Shown here: positions 9,135 to 19,158 of the stretch, piece after piece | Layout: each line of letters begins with the position of its first letter | How positions within the stretch are numbered: the stretch's first letter is position 1 | Source: a bacterium HR19 | GTDB taxonomy: Bacteria; Calescibacteriota; Calescibacteriia; Calescibacteriales; Calescibacteriaceae | Direction of reading: 5' to 3' | Assembly: GCA_002898315.1 (NCBI GenBank) | Contig: BEHV01000002.1 | Location: forward strand, 92,145-156,144 | DNA length: 64,000 nucleotides | Made by a program: the position numbers and the translations under genes | The notes under the pieces: generated by a model | Databases searched by the model: none | The model's input: the letters and a program-made list of their open reading frames with translations, nothing else | Told to the model about the DNA's origin: nothing

Positions 9135-11429
9135 ATGGCTGTCCAGAGTGTTCCGGTAGAGAAAGAACTTGTATCTTCTTACCTGAGCTATTCCCTCAGC
9201 GTTATAATAGGAAGAGCAATCCCTGATATAAGAGATGGTTTGAAACCGGTTCAGAGAAGAATAATCTGGACTATGTGGGAAGAAGGTGTGACATCAAAAT
9301 CTCAGTTCAGAAAGAGTGCAAAGATTGTCGGAAGCTGTATAGGGAAATACCATCCACACGGAGATAAGCCGGTATATGATGCTTTTGTCAGAATGGCTCA
9401 GGATTTTACGATGCGTTATCCGCTCGTTGAGGGTCAGGGAAACTTCGGTTCAATAGACGGAGATGAACCTGCTGCGATGAGATATACAGAAGGACGGCTC
9501 GCTCCAATAGCAGAAGAACTCATGAAAGATATCTACGAAGAAACCGTTGATTTCGTCCCAAACTACGATGAAACTCTGGTAGAACCAAAGTATCTTCCTG
9601 CAAGATTCCCTAACATTCTCGTGAATGGAACATCGGGAATAGCGGTCGGAATGAGCACCTCTGTACCACCTCACAATCTTTCTGAGGTTATAGATGCTAT
9701 CTCGTACCTTATTGATAATCCAGATGCTACACTTGAAGAAATAATGAAGTTCATAAAGGGACCTGATTTTCCTACTGGTGGGATAGTTGTTGGAGACCTC
9801 AAACAGATATATCAAGAGGGTAGAGGACAATTTACCATCTACTCAAGGTATAAGTTGGAGAAAAACGGCAAAACAACATCTATTGTTTTTTATGAAATTC
9901 CTTACCAGCAGAACAAATCAAAAATAGTTGAAAGAATTGCAAAACTCTCATCAGAGAAGATAATAGATGGTATTTTGCGAGTTGCTGATGAGTCAGACAA
10001 AAGAGGTATAAGAATAGTTGTTGAAATTAGGTCTGATTCTGATATTAATTCTATTATAGCTCAGCTTTATGAGAGAGCGGGACTCAAAGAAAACTTCTTT
10101 GTCAATATGCTTGTCATAGATGGTATTCAGCCGATTTCTGTCAACCTCTTGCAAATACTCAAAAGTTTTATAGAGCTGAGGAAAGATGTTGTTTTGAGAA
10201 GAACAAATTTCAGGTTAGCAAAAGCAGAAAGACATCTTCACATTCTTGAAGGTTATTTGAAAGCAATTGATGTTCTGGATAGTGTCATAGAGACGATAAG
10301 AAATTCTGAAAGTCAGCAATCTGCCAAAACCTCTCTGATGAAGAAATTCGGTTTTTCTGAAGAACAAGCTCAGGCGATTTTAGATATGCGACTTGGAAAA
10401 CTCACAAAACTTGAAAGAGATACACTCCTCAAAGATTATAACGAAACAAAACAAGAAATATCAAAACTCAAACTCATTCTGTCAGACGAAAAAGAACTGA
10501 AAAAGGTTATAAAAGAAGAGATTTTAGAGATAAAACAAAAATACGGAGATCAGAGAAGGACGGAAATCTCAACAAAGCCACCAGTAGATGTTGAATCAAT
10601 ATCGCAGGAGTTCAAGATTGTTGTCACTCCTGATTTTTACATAGGAGTTTTCGGCAAAACAGAGAGAATAAGAAGAATACCTGTAAGAAGCATATTTTTC
10701 GCATCAGAGGATTTCACTGTTGTGAGTAATCTCGGAAAAGTTTATAGAGTGAAGATATCAAGAATAAAAAGCTGGGCTGAAAAAGGAACTCCAGTGAAAT
10801 CGCTCATAAGGCTTTCAAAAGATGAAGAGGTGGTTTATGTGGGTCCAGCAGATGAAAATAAATTCCTTATCTTCCTTTCAAAAAAAGGTCTGACAAAAAA
10901 ATTCAGGTTGAGCGAAGTTTATGATTTGACCGCAAGAGGAGAAGTTGTTTTTGAACCGCAAGAAGGAGATGAAATAAAAGATGCTACTCAATGCTCCGAA
11001 GGCGATAGAATATTCTTCATAACAAAAAAAGGTATGATTCTCGGAGTTGAAGAATCAGATATCACTTCAAGAGTATCAAAAGCGATTGAGATTTCAGAAG
11101 GAGACTCCGCTCTATGCGTCATATCTAAATCGGAAGAAGATGACAGAATTATTGTTGCTACTGAAAGATATGTCAAAGCAGTCAAACACTCAGATCTAAA
11201 AGTTCAGAGTAAAGGTGGAGTGGGAATAATTCTTGTTCCAGAAAAAGCTGGATTTGTCAAAGATGCTATTTTCGCTAATGAAGAATCAGAAATATGTGTA
11301 ACTTACATAAAAGATGGCAAAGTATCCTTCAAAACTTTCTCTGCTAAAAAAATTCCTGTGATGACAAGACAAGCTATGGGCAAAGAAATTGTGGAAGGTG
11401 AAATACTCGGTCTTGGGAAAATAATCTGA
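9135..11429 (+). CDS. gyrA: Type IIA topoisomerase subunit A (GyrA/ParC family; no GyrA box seen)
   Basis: DGLKPVQRR, HPHGD and the active-site AAMRYTE. 764 aa. The C-terminal beta-pinwheel region lacks a QRRGGKG-like motif. Confidence 0.9.
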   Translation: MAVQSVPVEKELVSSYLSYSLSVIIGRAIPDIRDGLKPVQRRIIWTMWEEGVTSKSQFRKSAKIVGSCIGKYHPHGDKPVYDAFVRMAQDFTMRYPLVEGQGNFGSIDGDEPAAMRYTEGRLAPIAEELMKDIYEETVDFVPNYDETLVEPKYLPARFPNILVNGTSGIAVGMSTSVPPHNLSEVIDAISYLIDNPDATLEEIMKFIKGPDFPTGGIVVGDLKQIYQEGRGQFTIYSRYKLEKNGKTTSIVFYEIPYQQNKSKIVERIAKLSSEKIIDGILRVADESDKRGIRIVVEIRSDSDINSIIAQLYERAGLKENFFVNMLVIDGIQPISVNLLQILKSFIELRKDVVLRRTNFRLAKAERHLHILEGYLKAIDVLDSVIETIRNSESQQSAKTSLMKKFGFSEEQAQAILDMRLGKLTKLERDTLLKDYNETKQEISKLKLILSDEKELKKVIKEEILEIKQKYGDQRRTEISTKPPVDVESISQEFKIVVTPDFYIGVFGKTERIRRIPVRSIFFASEDFTVVSNLGKVYRVKISRIKSWAEKGTPVKSLIRLSKDEEVVYVGPADENKFLIFLSKKGLTKKFRLSEVYDLTARGEVVFEPQEGDEIKDATQCSEGDRIFFITKKGMILGVEESDITSRVSKAIEISEGDSALCVISKSEEDDRIIVATERYVKAVKHSDLKVQSKGGVGIILVPEKAGFVKDAIFANEESEICVTYIKDGKVSFKTFSAKKIPVMTRQAMGKEIVEGEILGLGKII

Positions 11430-12551
11430 AACAATTTTCAAAGCTCTCTCTCCTATTATTTTGACTTTTATTCCATCAAATATTCTGTCTGTTATGGGAG
11501 ATATTATCTGAGTTATTTTTTCTGGGATTTCCACGAGAGCAAAATCTTGTAGGTTTTCAATAATATTGACTTTTATTTTTTTCGCCCTCCCGTCTGATAC
11601 TCCAAATACGAACTCTCCATCAGATGAGATGTATATTGATTCATAAGGAACAACGACAATGTTTTTTTGCAATTTCCCGTTCTCTATCTCTTTTTCTATA
11701 TCAAGCTTTACTTTTGCTATTCCCTGTAAGTTCTGAGGAACTCTTTCTTTGAGTTCTACTATCACTTCAAATCCGCTTCTTGAAGTATCAGCTGTTGGTT
11801 TTATGCTTGTTATCTTTCCTTCTACTGTTCTTTTTATTGAAGGAAAATCAATTTCTGCTTTCATACCAATTTTTATTTTGGTTAGGTCTTGCTCTGATAT
11901 TTTTCCAAGGAAATATGTTTTAGTGCTTTGAAGTATTAAAATGGGTATTTGTGGGCTTACAACTGTTCCAACATCTGCTCTTTTCTCAACTACTATACCA
12001 TCGTATGGCGAAAATATGTTTGTTTCCGCAAGGTCTATTTGAGCTTTCTCAAGAGCTTTTTGTGCGAGCTCATAACTTGCTTTCAGCGATTCATAATTTG
12101 ATTTTGCCGAATCGTATTCTGCTTGGGGTATTGATTTTGTTTGAATAAGCTTTTCTGCTCTTTCAAAGTTTATTTTTGCAAGTTCAAGTTGTGATTTTAT
12201 TCTCTCAAGGTCAAATTTTGCCCTTTCCACTGCGTTCCTGTAATCTTTGTCATCTATCTTCGCAAGGAGCTGTCCTTCCTTTACTCTGTCTCCTATGTCA
12301 ACATATAATTTTACGATTCTCCCAGATACCTTTGAGGATATCTGGGAAGCTTTTTCCGACTGAACTATTCCGCTGAAAATCACATAAGCTGAAAAATTCT
12401 TTTGCTTCCCAACATTCACAACATACACTCCTATTTCACTTTTTTTGCCTTCAAATATGTTCTCTTCTTTTTTTGCCTCTCTTTTTTTCCCACAAGAGCT
12501 GATGAGTGAAATTACAAAGATAGTTGATAAGAATTTTCTGAAATTCACCAT
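11286..12551 (-). CDS. Efflux RND periplasmic adaptor (membrane fusion protein)
   Basis: Lipoprotein-like LISSCG, lipoyl-like GRIVKLYVDIGDRVKEGQLLAKID, and a coiled-coil hairpin. The last ~48 codons run antisense into gyrA. Confidence 0.8.
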   Translation of the reverse strand: MVNFRKFLSTIFVISLISSCGKKREAKKEENIFEGKKSEIGVYVVNVGKQKNFSAYVIFSGIVQSEKASQISSKVSGRIVKLYVDIGDRVKEGQLLAKIDDKDYRNAVERAKFDLERIKSQLELAKINFERAEKLIQTKSIPQAEYDSAKSNYESLKASYELAQKALEKAQIDLAETNIFSPYDGIVVEKRADVGTVVSPQIPILILQSTKTYFLGKISEQDLTKIKIGMKAEIDFPSIKRTVEGKITSIKPTADTSRSGFEVIVELKERVPQNLQGIAKVKLDIEKEIENGKLQKNIVVVPYESIYISSDGEFVFGVSDGRAKKIKVNIIENLQDFALVEIPEKITQIISPITDRIFDGIKVKIIGERALKIVSDYFPKTEYFTFHNFFAHSLSCHHRNFFSRESFEGYFAIFYVSYTYF

Positions 12552-12650
12552 ATTGATAGTATTATTATCTTCAAAGGCAAAAAATTATTTTTTCATTTTT
12601 TCATTTTTTGAATTTTTGTGTTGGTATTTTTCGGTGATTACTTTGAATTT

Positions 12651-15600
12651 ATGAACCTGCCTCAGATTTCTGTCTCAAGGTTAAGAGGGGTAACCATAAT
12701 ATATGTTTCCTTTATTGTTCTTGCTTTTTTTGCTCTGAAATTTATACCTGTTGATATTTTACCACCTGTTGAAGCACCGTATGTTTCTGTTGCTATAACT
12801 TATCAAAGTGCTTCGCCTGAGCAAATAGAACAGCAGGTCGTAAAATATGTTGAAGAGCAAATCAAGGTGGTTGAGGGAGTGGAGGAAATAAGGTCTATAT
12901 GCGAGCAGGGTGTAGCTGTTGTTCAGGTGAAATTCAGAGTAGGAGAAAACCTTGATTTTGCAGTCCAGAGAATAAATGAGCGACTTGAATTTATAAAGAG
13001 AATCATCACAGACCCAAATATACGGTTTGCCGTTCTCAGATTTACATCTTCTACTTTTCCTGTACTTTTTCTTGGAGTGTCGGGAAAGAGAGATAGAGCG
13101 GGACTATATAACATACTTGATAGAACTGTTTCACCTTATATTTCAAGCTTGCCCGGAGTCGGAGGAGTATTGATTTTGGCAGATGCTCAAAGAAACCTTA
13201 ATATATGGGTTGACCCTGAAAAGATGAGAAAATACAACATTGGAATTTTAGATGTCAAAAACGCTATCGCACAATATAATGGAGATTTTTCTGCTGGAAA
13301 AATAACTCTTGGAGGTCAAAGCTCTGTTTATGCTACTGTAAAAGGTAAGCTTTCAAGTATAGATGATGCAAAGGATATTGTTGTCGCTGTAAGAGGTGGA
13401 ATACCGATAAAGCTCAAAGACATCGCAGAGGTTGAGATTTCAAGCAGATATGTAGATTCTTCACGCTCTTATTTTTTTGATTCAAGCGGAGAGCAAGAGA
13501 CAGTACTTCTTTACCTTGTGAGAAAAAGACCGGGGGCAAATATAGTTCAAGTAAGCGATGCAGTTAAAAAATCACTTCAGAAAATATCAAATGAGCTTCC
13601 GGCAGATGTTAAAATAAGAGTTCTCCTTGATTTCGCCGACTCTATAAGGAAGACCATAGATGAATTGAAAACCACTATCTACTACTCTGTTATAGCTATC
13701 TCAATAATAACATTTGTGTTTGTAAGAAGGATAAGAGAGCTTATAATTTTGGTTGTATCTATTCCTACTTCTCTTTTCTTCACAATTCTTACGCTTTACT
13801 TTTTGGGTAGGTCTCTGAATATAATAACACTTTCTGCTATCATAGCATCTTCCGGTATAGTTATAGATAATTCAATAGTTGTTCTTGAAAGTATAAAGAG
13901 GAGGCAAAGTGAAGGGAAATCTTTTTTACAAGCAATTGTAGATGGAACAAATTATGTTTTCATACCTTTGCTCGGTTCTACTGTGACAAACTTCATCGTT
14001 TTTCTCCCAATAGTTTTTATCAAAGGTATATCTTTTTACCTTTTCCTTGACTTCGCTCTTGTTATTACCGTAGCTTCTATAATTTCTCTTTTCGTTGCGG
14101 TGACTCTTATTCCTGCAATATCTTCTAAGCTTTTGGGTGAAGAAGAGTTCTCTTATCCTATGGAATGGCTTGAAAGGGGATACAAAAGAGTGCTTCGCCT
14201 TATAATCAGCCATCCTTTTACATCTCTCATACTCATATCGCTTGTAGGTTTTATACCAATTGCACTTTTCCCTAAGGTTAAGAAAGAGTTTCTCAGGGTT
14301 CAGGAAGGTCAGGATATGAGAATTTTTGTTTATCTCTATAAATCTGCGAGTTGGCACGTTGCTGAAAAGAGCGCCTTCAAAATAAAAGATGAAGTATATA
14401 AGAGAATGCCCGGAAAAGTGGAATACATGTTTTTAAGATACGGAGAATCAACTTTTGGAAGAGCTTTCGGAAGAGCCCAGAGATTTACAGAGGCAGAAAA
14501 CCTTGTCCTCATAGGATTAAAATTCAAAGACATAAGTTATGGCGATGCTTATAAAATCATCTCTGAAATCATTTCTTCTGACCCAAATGTTGAAGAGTTC
14601 AGAATAATTCCTGCTAACCCTGTAAATCTTTTCATATTCGGACAATCAAGAGGTATTGAGATGCAAGTTTACTCAGATCTGGCTGAAGAGGATTACTTGA
14701 AGTTTCTTGAAAGATTAAAGGAGATAAGAAATTTTGTGAGAACTCTTGATTTTGTTCGTGCAGCAGACATTGAAATCGGAGAACCTGTCCCAGAACTCCA
14801 GCTTACACTTTGGGATTATGGTAAGTCGCTCGGTTTTTCTCCTGCATATTTGGGCGATTTTCTCTCAACTCTTGTGAGTGGAACTCAGATCGGTACAGTT
14901 ACCATGAATGGTTTAAATATGGATATTTTCGTAAGGACGAAAGAAGGAAGAGAAATAGACCTTGAAAGTTTTCTAAGGATTCCAGTGAAATCCCCACTTA
15001 TGCTCCAAGATGGATATATTCATCTTTCAGATATAGCCAGGGTGAAGTGGGGATTGTCTCCATCTGAGATTCAGAGAATAAACAGTTTTAGGGTTGGAAT
15101 TATATCTGTTGATACTACTGAAAGCGACTTCGTTGCAGCTCAGAAGTTGAAATCTCTTGTTGAGAAGAATTTCCCAGATGTAAGGGTTGATTTTGGTGGT
15201 TCTGTTCAGGAATTTGGTCAGACATTTTCTTCTGTTTTGGCTATCTTTGGACTTGCTATATTTCTTGATTTTGCTTCCATGGTTGTTATACTTGAATCCT
15301 TTTCTCTGCCGTTTATAATACTATTTACCATACCTCTTGCTGTCTCCGGAGTATTTTTAGCTCTCTTTCTCACCGGTATCCCTCTTTCTCTTCTATCTTT
15401 CATATCTACTTTCCTTCTTGCTGGAGTAGTTGTGAATAACGGGATAGTTCTGCTTGAAGTTGTCCAGAAAAAATATAGAGAGGAAGGTTTTGATCTTGTG
15501 GGAGCATTAATTGAAGGTGGGGGAGAAAGATTGAGACCAATTCTTATGACATCTCTGACAACAATTTTGGGAGTTTTCCCATCTATCTTCGGTAGTTCTG

Positions 15601-15752
15601 AAACTCTTGTGGGTGGAAGAGATTTTGCCGTTCCTACAATTGGAGGTCTTATATGCTCTTCATTTTTCACTCTTTTCCTTATGCCTACAATGTTCTATAT
15701 ATTCATGAAAATTCCAGAAAAGTTGAAGAAGAAAGTCAAAAACCAAATATGA
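12651..15752 (+). CDS. RND efflux transporter permease (AcrB/CzcA family)
   Basis: More than 1030 aa with the two-fold TM/periplasmic-loop architecture typical of RND pumps. The ORF opens at 12618; I prefer the ATG at 12651 (MNLPQISVSRLRGV). Confidence 0.9.
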   Translation: MNLPQISVSRLRGVTIIYVSFIVLAFFALKFIPVDILPPVEAPYVSVAITYQSASPEQIEQQVVKYVEEQIKVVEGVEEIRSICEQGVAVVQVKFRVGENLDFAVQRINERLEFIKRIITDPNIRFAVLRFTSSTFPVLFLGVSGKRDRAGLYNILDRTVSPYISSLPGVGGVLILADAQRNLNIWVDPEKMRKYNIGILDVKNAIAQYNGDFSAGKITLGGQSSVYATVKGKLSSIDDAKDIVVAVRGGIPIKLKDIAEVEISSRYVDSSRSYFFDSSGEQETVLLYLVRKRPGANIVQVSDAVKKSLQKISNELPADVKIRVLLDFADSIRKTIDELKTTIYYSVIAISIITFVFVRRIRELIILVVSIPTSLFFTILTLYFLGRSLNIITLSAIIASSGIVIDNSIVVLESIKRRQSEGKSFLQAIVDGTNYVFIPLLGSTVTNFIVFLPIVFIKGISFYLFLDFALVITVASIISLFVAVTLIPAISSKLLGEEEFSYPMEWLERGYKRVLRLIISHPFTSLILISLVGFIPIALFPKVKKEFLRVQEGQDMRIFVYLYKSASWHVAEKSAFKIKDEVYKRMPGKVEYMFLRYGESTFGRAFGRAQRFTEAENLVLIGLKFKDISYGDAYKIISEIISSDPNVEEFRIIPANPVNLFIFGQSRGIEMQVYSDLAEEDYLKFLERLKEIRNFVRTLDFVRAADIEIGEPVPELQLTLWDYGKSLGFSPAYLGDFLSTLVSGTQIGTVTMNGLNMDIFVRTKEGREIDLESFLRIPVKSPLMLQDGYIHLSDIARVKWGLSPSEIQRINSFRVGIISVDTTESDFVAAQKLKSLVEKNFPDVRVDFGGSVQEFGQTFSSVLAIFGLAIFLDFASMVVILESFSLPFIILFTIPLAVSGVFLALFLTGIPLSLLSFISTFLLAGVVVNNGIVLLEVVQKKYREEGFDLVGALIEGGGERLRPILMTSLTTILGVFPSIFGSSETLVGGRDFAVPTIGGLICSSFFTLFLMPTMFYIFMKIPEKLKKKVKNQI

Positions 15753-15768
15753 AATTGAGAGCGAATTC

Positions 15769-16470
15769 TTATGAGCTTGTGATGAACATAACGAAAAAAT
15801 TTCCGATAGCATGAAGTATTGCAGACGGGAAGATGCTGTTATATTTTTCTCTTAAAATGCCAAAAAGCACCGCAGGAAAAAAAACAAGAAACCTTATCGG
15901 AACCAATGACTGTGGTAAATGAACAATCATAAAAAGGACTGATTGTATTAAGAGCCCGTAGCCAAATTTTACCCCGAACATTTCAAATTTTCTTCCGAAG
16001 AACCTATTCAATCTTCCTTGAATAAACCCTCTGAAAAATAGTTCCTCCGGTACTGCTACTCCCAAAAAAAATATTATCAACCATTTCAATTCTTTTACTT
16101 CGGGTATTTGTGGAAACACCTTTATTATTTTTATCCCGAAAAGCTCTATATCTACTGGCTTTTTTACGCTTAAAAAAAGTAAGACAAAAGATATGCTACT
16201 TATTGCAGATGTGAATAAGAGAAATTTTATCTCCCTTTTCAGATTGATACTTAACCCAAGTATTTCGTTTGATTTTTCCAAAAGCGATGGAACGATGAGG
16301 AAAAGAACTATGGCTAAGTATCCCGATAACTCCCACTTACCGATTGCCTTCAGGAGTGTAAGTCCCGCAAGAGCCAAGAACCATATAGCAATAGGTAAGA
16401 GCAAGTCTTGAAACCTTCTCTGAAAAATTTGCTCTGTTTTTTCATCTTTTTCTTTTGTGTTCTGCATCAT
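15769..16470 (-). CDS. CPBP-family intramembrane glutamic endopeptidase (CAAX protease-like)
   Basis: Multi-TM protein with EELFFRGF and HAIGNF motifs. Confidence 0.8.
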   Translation of the reverse strand: MMQNTKEKDEKTEQIFQRRFQDLLLPIAIWFLALAGLTLLKAIGKWELSGYLAIVLFLIVPSLLEKSNEILGLSINLKREIKFLLFTSAISSISFVLLFLSVKKPVDIELFGIKIIKVFPQIPEVKELKWLIIFFLGVAVPEELFFRGFIQGRLNRFFGRKFEMFGVKFGYGLLIQSVLFMIVHLPQSLVPIRFLVFFPAVLFGILREKYNSIFPSAILHAIGNFFVMFITSS

Positions 16471-16525
16471 TTCACATTTTTACCCGTATATACTAATTTT
16501 TACTTGTTATCTTTATATTTAGGGT

Positions 16526-17305
16526 ATGGTGGGATTTTCAAAAGAAACTTTGAGAAGTTTTTTCAGAATTTTGAAAACTTCAAGAGAATACTTAAATCTT
16601 GCTCCCGCCACATTTGCAAAGCATATTCTATGGTACATCAGAGATTTTCTTGAATACATAAAAAAATCAGATGGCAAGAATTTTTCAAAAGTTATTTTTT
16701 ATCCGTGTCTTCAAGATAAACTGTCTTTTACACCTGTTGAACCGATTTATTTTTTTCAGGACGCTTGGGCTGCGAGAAAGATTTTTGAACTCAAACCCAC
16801 CTTGCACGTAGATTTAGCAAGCTCCGTCAAGTTTGCCTCGTTGATCTCCCAATTTACCCCGACCGTTTTCGTAGATATAAGACCCGTGCCACTTAAACCC
16901 CCTGGCTTTATTCCTCTGAAAGCAGATATAACAAGCTTACCATTTAAGTCAGATTCTATAAAGAGTTTATCTTCTCTGTGTGTTTTAGAACATATAGGTC
17001 TTGGAAGATATGGAGATAAGATAGACCCATACGGTACAGAGAAAGCAGTTGAAGAGGTAAAGAGAGTTATGGCATATGACGGAATCTTACTTTTAAGTGT
17101 TCCAATAGATAACGAAAATGTACTTTATTTTAATGCTCACAGGTCTTTTTCAAGAGATTATTTTATAAGCTTGTTCCAAGATTCCTTTGAACTGTTAGAA
17201 GAAAAATATATATGGGTAGGAAATAAGTTGTGGGATAGCTATAACCAAAGCATGCGTTCTGCAACTGGGCTTTTTATGATGAAAAAAAAGAAGAGAAAAT
17301 TTTAG
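16526..17305 (+). CDS. SAM-dependent methyltransferase, DUF268-like
   Basis: YFFQDAWAARKI...HVDLASS...VFVDIRP...LCVLEHIGLGRYGD resembles the DUF268 class I methyltransferase pattern. Confidence 0.6.
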   Translation: MVGFSKETLRSFFRILKTSREYLNLAPATFAKHILWYIRDFLEYIKKSDGKNFSKVIFYPCLQDKLSFTPVEPIYFFQDAWAARKIFELKPTLHVDLASSVKFASLISQFTPTVFVDIRPVPLKPPGFIPLKADITSLPFKSDSIKSLSSLCVLEHIGLGRYGDKIDPYGTEKAVEEVKRVMAYDGILLLSVPIDNENVLYFNAHRSFSRDYFISLFQDSFELLEEKYIWVGNKLWDSYNQSMRSATGLFMMKKKKRKF

Positions 17306-17318
17306 GGGAAAGTAAATA

Positions 17319-18140
17319 ATGAAAGAGATAAATATGATAAAAAGCGGGAGCATTTTTAAGAAAGTGTTGAGAGCAATAACTATAAAACTTCTTTTGTATC
17401 TGGAAAATAGCGGAAATGCGAACTTTCGGAAGAACGGAGAGAAAAAATTAATTGAAAATATACTTGAATTATATAATCGCCTTGGTAACAGAGAACCAAT
17501 TATTTTTGATGTCGGAGCAAATGTTGGAGGCTGGACGGAAGAACTGTTAAAAATTGCACAAAAACTTGAAATGTTCCCACAAGTGCATGCCTTTGAACCT
17601 GTGAGATCTTCGTTTGAGGAACTATCAAGTAAATTCTCGGGAAAACAGAATATATTTTTAAATAATTTCGGACTATCCGAGAATTCGGGAGAGGTGAAAA
17701 TATTCTTTTCCAGAGAAAAAGACCCGTGGTCCTCTGTTTATAAAAGAAATTTGAAACAATACGGACTAAAATTTGAAAACTTTCAAGTTGTGAGAATGGA
17801 GAGAGCTGAAAATTATATAAAGAGTAAAGGTATACAACACATAAACTTCGTCAAAATAGATACGGAGGGACACGATCTATATGTCCTTTTGGGATTTGGT
17901 GATTTCTTGAATGCTGAATTTATTGATTTTATTCAATTTGAATACGGGGAAGTTATGATAGATTCAAGGACTTTCCTGAGAGATTTTTTTGACCTTCTCA
18001 CTCCGAAAGGATTTAAGTTAGCTAAAATCATGAGAGATGGAGTGGAAATACGAGAATGGAAACTCTATATGGAAAACTTCATTTATTCAAATTACATTGC
18101 AATATCTGAAAAATTCTTAAAATATTTTGCCGAAAAATAG
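17319..18140 (+). CDS. FkbM-family methyltransferase
   Basis: IIFDVGANVGGWT and KIDTEGHDLYVL motifs. Confidence 0.75.
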   Translation: MKEINMIKSGSIFKKVLRAITIKLLLYLENSGNANFRKNGEKKLIENILELYNRLGNREPIIFDVGANVGGWTEELLKIAQKLEMFPQVHAFEPVRSSFEELSSKFSGKQNIFLNNFGLSENSGEVKIFFSREKDPWSSVYKRNLKQYGLKFENFQVVRMERAENYIKSKGIQHINFVKIDTEGHDLYVLLGFGDFLNAEFIDFIQFEYGEVMIDSRTFLRDFFDLLTPKGFKLAKIMRDGVEIREWKLYMENFIYSNYIAISEKFLKYFAEK

Positions 18141-18187
18141 CTATTTAAAAATAAAAAAAGCGTTTAAAAAAAGATTGATATATCAGT

Positions 18188-19108
18188 ATGATTCTATTTT
18201 TATCAGAAGGAGGTTTGGGAAATCAGATTTTTCAGTATGTTTTTCTGAAAACTTTGTCGGAACAGCTTGAAGATAAGCTGGTTTTGGGTATAGGTTTTGA
18301 CGAACTTGAAGAAACCTTTCAAGAGATTAAAATCATTAATGTAAAGCTTCGTAAAAAATTTTGGAACAGAAGAAAAATAACCCGATTCATTTTTTATAAC
18401 CTTATTTATAATTCCCTTTTTTATCTTTTTAACGATTTTCCCATCATAAACTTCTTTACGACATTTGAAGTGAAAAGAGATCTAGAAAGGTGTAGCAGAG
18501 AACTGGCAAGTTATACGATGAAAAGAGGTATATTTGATAGCATAAAGATTGTCAAGAGAGGTTTTTTTCAGAGCGAAAAATTCTTTGATAAAAAATTTGC
18601 CGATGAACTGAAAATAAAAAAAGAATTTGTAGAAAGAGCAAAAAACTTTCTTGAACCGTTTGAAAACAGATACAAGGTATTTGTGCATATCAGATTAAAA
18701 GATTTTTTGAGCTTTCCTGTATGCGGGGTTGAAGGTGCGGGAATTCCCCCTTTATCATACTTCCGGAATTGTATAGTTTGGTTTAAAGAAAATAGAAAAA
18801 ATCCTCTTTTTGTTTTTCTCACCGATGAACCTGACTTTGTGGAGAAAAATTTATCAGAGTTTCTTGTTGATATAGGAAGTGATGCTGTGATATCTCAGAA
18901 TGATTTTAAAGTGGATTTTGCTATAATGACGCTTTGTGATGGGGGAATTTTAAGTCCGAGTTCTTTTGCTTGGTGGGGAGCTTATTTTATGAGGCAAAGA
19001 GATGTTGTTTTTGCTCCAAAATTCTGGCTCGGATTCAGATTTAAAATAGATTGTCCCGAGGGAACTTTCCCGAGTTTTGCAATACCGGTTGAAATCTCAA
19101 ATTCATAA
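18188..19108 (+). CDS. Glycosyltransferase family 11 (alpha-1,2-fucosyltransferase-like)
   Basis: N-terminal GGLGNQIFQY and VFVHIRLKDF (HxRRGDY-like) motifs. Confidence 0.75.
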   Translation: MILFLSEGGLGNQIFQYVFLKTLSEQLEDKLVLGIGFDELEETFQEIKIINVKLRKKFWNRRKITRFIFYNLIYNSLFYLFNDFPIINFFTTFEVKRDLERCSRELASYTMKRGIFDSIKIVKRGFFQSEKFFDKKFADELKIKKEFVERAKNFLEPFENRYKVFVHIRLKDFLSFPVCGVEGAGIPPLSYFRNCIVWFKENRKNPLFVFLTDEPDFVEKNLSEFLVDIGSDAVISQNDFKVDFAIMTLCDGGILSPSSFAWWGAYFMRQRDVVFAPKFWLGFRFKIDCPEGTFPSFAIPVEISNS

Positions 19109-19158
19109 ATCTCTTGCAAATTGCTTATTTTTCTCAGATTTGCTATCCTTTTATTATT

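Noticed and set aside
12552-12650. Tandem TTTTTTCA repeats in the adaptor/RND divergent spacer as a possible regulatory repeat.
   Set aside because: This is a short, low-complexity T-tract sequence typical of AT-rich promoters. It has no dyad symmetry, and no regulator gene is adjacent.
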